Below, in pieces: positions 57,648 through 64,000 of a stretch of 64,000 bases of DNA; within the stretch, counting starts at the first letter, position 1, and every line of letters begins with the position of its first letter. The DNA is from Laetmonice hystrix (taxonomy: Eukaryota): contig OZ249445.1 in assembly GCA_965235115.1 (NCBI GenBank), positions 8,494,001 through 8,558,000 on the forward strand, written 5' to 3'. A program made the translations under genes and the position numbers. Below the pieces are notes generated by a model. It was given only the letters and a program-made list of their open reading frames with translations, searched no databases and was not told the origin of the DNA.

Positions 57648-58200
57648 ATCTGTTGATATTCGACCCAGTTTCTTCCTTGGGAAAGCCCTACACTAGTATG
57701 GGTCAAGGACGCTTCAGGCCGTGTGTCCCCACTGCTGAGGTCATATCGACGCATCCACTGTCCACCTAGTGATGGACGGATGGACCGCCATACCTGTGCT
57801 GTATACTTATGTACACCAGTCCTCCATCCCGCCCCTTTGTGCAGGCCCCAGCCCGTTACCAGGCCTGGCTGGCAGTCTCTGACGGCAGTCAGGCCCACCT
57901 GCTGCCTCTCAGACCTGTCAACAAGAACCTTCTGTTTGCAGGCTGCTAACCTGAATCTGAGCATGCCTGGTGCCACCCACTCGCCATTCTCCGCCATCGC
58001 CAGCAGTGCACACACCACACACACCACTTGGAGACAATGCCTGCAGCCACCCCCCGCCTCCTCTGCATCTCCTCCTCCCCCTCCCCCCCTCCTCCTCCTC
58101 CTCCTCTCCCGATAAAATCAGGGTCCAGCCAAGCCAGTGGCAGTGCCAGGCAAACGGTCCAGCGGCCAGCCATACAGATCAACATGTACATTCACTCACA
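57648..58200 (-). other. Candidate upstream (first) exon of the giant-exon gene, containing an open frame from ATG 57997
   Basis: GC-rich block with a (GGA)n tract, strong-context GCGATGG start and CAGAT|GTAAG donor at 57647. The upstream boundary is approximate. Confidence 0.4.
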
Positions 58201-58316
58201 CACTCTCTCACTCACCCATCCAGTACCAGCTCTAATTGAATTATAATTATTGATTTCTGCTAGGCTGCTATCGATCCGTGAGCCAGTAAAATGCCGCTTG
58301 AAATGTTTTCATGGCT

Positions 58317-58332
58317 GCCACTAGATGGCAGT
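58317..58332 (+). promoter_or_regulatory. CTCF-like motif
   Basis: GCCACTAGATGGCAGT closely follows the canonical consensus, just upstream of the candidate first exon. Confidence 0.5.
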
Positions 58333-60523
58333 GGACGGTGAACGCTGGGTTTGTTTACTTCCTGTCTAGGGCTGCATGCCTGAGAAGCCAGGGTTGGGGG
58401 TGGCCTGATGGGGCGGTCACCCACTTGGGCAAAAACGCTTAGCTTAGTTTCAAATACAAGTCGCTAGGTCTAAATATAAAGATAACATATCAATATAATT
58501 TACGTCATCTTAACTGTCTCTGGTTGTCTTTTAATCTATAGGGACTAAAGTAGTAAATGCTGCCACCAATATTGATGTTAGAGATTCAGGTGGTGATCAA
58601 TATCCCAACCTGACGGCCCATCAACAAAACTTGTCTACTTTACCACCAATTACCTCTGGCCGCAATGCGTCAAAACAAGACGTTTTAACCCAGGGCTATG
58701 TACACTGAGTAGTAAACATATAATAATGCAGTGCCTATAGATGATATTATCTGAACGGTACTTCTGACCTGGGAAACTCAAGTGGTTTAACCTCCAAATA
58801 TTTACTCATTAGACACGTTCAGCAAATGTCATATCCTCATCGTCCAAACACTTTTAAAACCTTACTTCTAAATTTTCACCACTTGCCACCCCCATAGCAA
58901 GTTCCCAATGGGTCATTGAGTCAGCCGACAGGCTCTGGCCCAGTGATGGTGAAATATGCTTGGGATGTCTGTATGTGAATGTAAGCTCCTGTGGCGGACC
59001 TGAAAGTCACTGGCCTTTCTTTAACTTTAAAATATCCCTTAATATCCCTCAGGATGCACTATTCTGGGCAGTACATCTTGATAACATTTGGCGGCCCTCT
59101 GTCATGTCACCTGAACCGTTTTCAGTAAGTGAGGATGGTGATTTACTATCGGCTCGTGTCTGGTTCATGAACTTACCATGGATGGGTTCACTCCATGCGG
59201 TGACTTCACTCCTGGGTCAACTTGTGATATGTGTCTGAATAATTCCAATCACAAGACTTTGCATGACCCAATTGGTCACTGCTATTTTCTTAGTGGCCTT
59301 GTCGGGACCTTGATAATAGTTATTTAGGCGCCTCTGACGCCGATAAGCCTAGTCTGGTAGTTTAAACCAGACCCACTAAGGTGCGCAGCATGTGCTTGCC
59401 ATTAGCAGAGTGACACTAAAATTGACAGCTGTGGGTTATGAGTGCTGGACTGCCGGCTTTAGCAAAACACTGGAGACTAACAAACAATGCACATTCATGT
59501 CAATAATATACGACCCGACCACCTACATTCAACCCAACCCCTATGTGATGTCTGCCCTAGTCTGGCCCTGGTGAGGACATTAATAGACCCAGGGAATAAT
59601 GGTAGCCCAAGAGGGTGAGGTCAGTGACATACTTCTCACATAATGATAATGATATTTTAATACCGCATCACAACACACGACTGACACTTATATTGCACTT
59701 GTTACCAAAGCTGTCATTTTTTGTTAGCCCACTTTCTAATACATCTTAAATTTCAATGGTCTATCACTTAAGTGAAACTTGCTGATATGGTCGGAGTTGG
59801 TGACATGTATAACATGTACGCACAATGTATTCTAAAACTTAATTTTAAAATTCCCATGGATATAGCACAGTCAATGCATCCAGGGGAAACTTGCCAGTTT
59901 TGGTAATGGTGCTTTTTCTGACAGGACGCAATTATTTTCATGGCATTATGACGTATATATATATGCCAGATATAAATATTCAAACAGTCTCTCATCTGCA
60001 AAACTAACGTGTATATAGAGGAATAAAACAAAGTTGACAAGGCCCAGAGATACATGTATAGCTTTTTCTCAGAGTCCTTTCTATTTGTAATTAATGGACT
60101 TGACACGATTAATCCTAAAATAGGAAACATCTGACGCCTTTCATTTATCTTCATTACAATGAACTTTAAACTGTTTTAAAATAAGACTGACGTTTGGGAA
60201 CCGTGACCTAAATACTCCTTAATACCCAGCCACATATTATGGCCAGTGGACCGTGACGTCCAAACCTGGACAGGTGTAAACTGAAGGGGACCAGCTGAAG
60301 CACCCAGAATACAAACAAACGGATCTGTAGATAATTTCAGGGTCTGGGTGTTACCGCCAAGTCAGTCATGAATCACAACACCTACCGTTTACTGATCCCA
60401 CCCACGTTTACATGAACTGGGGGCGGTAGATATCGATAATTAGCCAAGTTAAATATCTAATTACCGTCAGTAAGTTATCAAGGTGAGCCTGCTATAAAAA
60501 CACCTGCAAGTCGCACCAGTCTA

Positions 60524-60616
60524 ACCAGGCCCCGGTTTCAAGAAAGTGGTTAACCACGATCTTAACCAATTTTGTTTTAAAACTTTAAAACCACTTTCTT
60601 GAAACCTGGGCCTGGT
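60524..60616. mobile_element. Short foldback MITE-like element (93 bp)
   Basis: 28-bp inverted ends ACCAGGCCC(C/A)GGTTTCAAGAAAGTGGTT with one mismatch around an AT-rich spacer. Confidence 0.75.
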
Positions 60617-62106
60617 ACAGCAATACATGTACTTCATCAGGTTAAGCCTGCAGCAACTAACAATCATCATGAGGAATTCTACTTTAAATTCAGTATGACT
60701 ATACCGTATACATGTGAAAGTCGGTATTTTGTGAAGTTTTTGAACAAAACATCAACATAAGGTGACATGAAGACATGTTTAAAGGTTAAAGTTCAAAATA
60801 CATGCAACTAATTTAACTAATTTTCTGACATCTGAGTGCCCATCTTGTCTCTATATCCTAAAGGCGTGAATTACTAAACACCTTAAAATATTTAATTGAT
60901 TTCAGCATGCCAAGTGAAGTCTCCCATCTACATGTTTGAACAGTCCTTAGGGTTTCTTCCTGGATTTTAGAACTGGGGGGGGGGGGGGGGGGTCGGCAGG
61001 AGTAGGACACAGATAAATCAGCAGCATTCTGCAGCCCCCCGCGCCCCCCCCCCCTCCCCCACTCCTGTGGGCAACAGTCATTTACATACATATCTTTTTC
61101 TGTCTGTATAGTTATACTTAGTTAGATAGCTGTTGCAAGCAGCGCCGCCAAGTGTACATTAATTTTTCACGTCATACTTTTTCTGGACCACACAATAAGC
61201 AGTTCATTCTTGTGAGGGCGGGGGTGGGGGCGCTTAGGAGCGGGAAAAGTCGTGTACTGGGACAGTTCCTTCTTGCCCCAAGGGTAGTAGCAACATAACC
61301 CCTTTGTGCAGGCAAGGATCTATGTCAGCGCTGGTGCGGTTTTTCTAGGGGTACCAGGCACACAATGACAGCGTGAAGACCTACATTTCTTCACAACTTT
61401 ATAGGTCCTTTACAGGGCAAGTTGTGGGAGTGCCTCCCTTGGTTTAATCCATTAGAAAATGCGGAGCCAGGGAGAAGTACAAGTGATGAACTGTCAACGG
61501 TATGGAGCAGAGTGCGATAGATGTGCACACCTCATGTGACCAGGAAGGAACACTAAACATTGTCTCCCTTAGTTCACATCTATACTTTGTTTTAAAAATT
61601 TGATTTTTCAAAATTTATGGTATTTTAAGGGATTGGCTGAATTCGCTGATAATTTGGTAAAATAGTGAAGCGCGACCTCTTCCAAAGCTCTGGTTCCTTG
61701 GAAACATACTAAAATAGGGAGGGGGTGTTGTGAGACTGAAGCCTGAAAGATATGTACATTATTTTAGTCACACATATTTAAAATTACCTGTACACAATTT
61801 GCAGTTGTAACAATTATACTGGTCAGTAGTTATTCTTTTCCTTGAACGCATGAATTTGCCTAATTTAGGGTCATAGGGCCAGAAGTCAGGTTGCCTTGAC
61901 AATGACCTTAGTTGTTTTATGACCTGCCCTGGCTGCAGTCACTGATTGAGTGATGATCTCTGATCTCCTCCCAACCCTGCAGTGGTCAGAAAGGCTCTAG
62001 ATGTATGCATTCACGCACCCATGATCTGCATCCATATCTTGTTCACTTGACCAGCCTAGATCTGCTTATGTCTGTCCCCTGCTGGTGATCTTATTGGCCT
62101 GCTTAC

Positions 62107-62450
62107 CCATCTCCTGGCTACTGCATAATGATCCCCGTGTGCCTGCCGCCGCTCTGACCCCCACCCCTCCACCTACAGCTCCACCTTCCGTCCTCCCCCA
62201 CCATGTCAGTCCACCCAGGCTGTAGGAGGTATATTTAGCCTGTAGGCCTGCCGCCACGTCCAGCTGGCCAGCATCCATCCATCCATCTCTTCCGCCCGCC
62301 CGCTTACCAATGCCAGGCAGACAAACCCTGCCTGCATAATAATATAATGTCCGGCATGGTGGCCGGGCGGGCAGCGGCCTGTGGTACCAGCCACCCACCC
62401 ACTGCCATAGATCACGGTCCTTGTTTACAGCCCTGCCACACACACTGCAC
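62107..62450 (-). other. Candidate alternative upstream exon (minus strand)
   Basis: GC-rich block ending in GATGG|GTAAGC (GT at 62106-62105). The upstream boundary is approximate. Confidence 0.3.
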
Positions 62451-64000
62451 CTGACCCATCAAACCCATTATCTGCCCTGGTCGTCATTCCCACATTCCCA
62501 AACTATCATCATCCCAAATGTCAAGATTATTCAAACTTTCTCTATCAAACTCCATGTCGTTCCAACATTTCAACATCAGCTGTCCCACTCCCATTGAAAA
62601 AGAAAACTCACTGCTCAAAATTCTGAGATGTTCACTTTCTGAAGTTCAGGGTCCAAAATATTTGTAAAAAAGAATTGGTTGGGCCGAGTCAAAACTAAAG
62701 TAACTTCGTTGAACCTCAACCTTAATACGAGTACAATATATAGGCTAAACCAGCAGACGTCATGATCAATTTACCTTCATTCACCACAAAATATTCTTGC
62801 AATAAATTTATCATTCTGGATCTACGTTAATTCACTGGTTTCAGTTGGACCGACTAAGACCGATTCTCTGACTATTGAGGTAAACATGTAACTGAATTGT
62901 GTGACGTCCTGTAAATAAGTCATGCGCCCCGTACAAGGTGACCTACAATGACCTAAAATACATGGCAGATCTGCAGTGTTTTTAATTATAACCATATTTC
63001 TGGTTGGCTGGTTGTCCCTGGAAACATTCCGTGCGGGCTGGTTAAACCAGAGGATCCAGGGCTTTAAAACTAGATTTCACTTGCTCCATAAACTGGTCCC
63101 CGCCTATTGAATGCACTATTGAATATTTTTATTTTATTTTTGATGACTTTCATATAGAGATGAAAATGGTTACTGGGGTGCCTTCACTACATGTTTGACA
63201 CTACTGTTCCTGTAGCTTCAACTGCTTCGAGTGCTCACTGCATGTGTATGACCAGAACTGGGTCAAAAAATGCAGTGGCTACGGGATGTGTGGGCGGGTG
63301 GGGGTTCACAGAATATGTGACAGTGCCCACTGTCTTTGGAACCCTGAGAACTATGACTCAGCAAGCCGATCACAGTAGTATGCACCCTGCGTCAAGGATG
63401 GTAAGGCCTCCCAGGGTCTTCTTACTCCACTCTGGCCAGAGCTTACATATAATTTACAATAAAAGGAGATCTGGAAGACGTTTGTATACTGTAGGATCAC
63501 TGCCATCATCAGATTGACGGCTTTGATCTACCGGTAAGACCTTGATCTGGAGATGGGTGGCGGCGGTGACAGGGCGGGCGTGTCACCTCCAGAGCGGACT
63601 TTACCACTGACACTATGCCACTCCGCCGGCCGTCATCGTCAGAGCAGGTGCTGTCAGATCGCCACCACGAGCACCGCCGCCACCGCTCGATTTCTCCGAG
63701 GCACCACCTCCCACGTCCCCCCTCCCCCATTATACATATGCCACTAGCGTGCGAAGACAATGATATACATGTATAAGTGCAGCCTGTGCTGCGGCGGCCG
63801 CCGTCAGGATGCACCCACACCACAAGGTAGTGGCCGTATCACAGGCTGTCTAGAGAAGGGCCAACTTCCACATTACCTTATTGATCACCGCTCCTCATGC
63901 TAATTTGTACTAGGACTCACCAACCATCTCAACCAATGAATTCAACCAATGAATGTACTCAAAAACCATAGGCCTGACCGGGTCTCTATATAGATACTTA

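Overview
Eukaryotic genomic DNA with spliceosomal GT-AG introns. It is probably from a marine invertebrate bilaterian, an impression from gene content and repeat types that I cannot prove. There is one 218-N assembly gap at 10971-11188. Five protein-coding loci are supported. (1) The first coding exon of a class C (mGluR-like) GPCR on the minus strand, continuing off the left edge. (2) A BTB-BACK-Kelch gene on the plus strand with an intron-free CDS. (3) A two-coding-exon, about 1554-aa minus-strand protein that joins a histone-H1-like SPKK-rich N-terminus to nine C2H2/C2HC zinc fingers. (4) A complete 9-exon JMJD6 gene (423 aa) whose splice phases all close. (5) A 3429-aa, low-complexity, AT-hook/RG-rich nuclear-type protein encoded by one 10.3-kb exon, preceded by what looks like a long multi-exon leader with upstream ORFs. 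Non-coding parts hold several MITE-like elements (one with TTAA target duplication and Kolobok-type ends), a compound 72/28-bp minisatellite, a Helentron-associated-like repeat end beside the gap, and several CTCF-like motifs. There are no prokaryotic features, rRNA, tRNA or CRISPR arrays. I found no unambiguous new system. The best leads are the giant orphan protein with its leader, the H1-like zinc-finger protein, and the tandem trio of chromatin-type genes.
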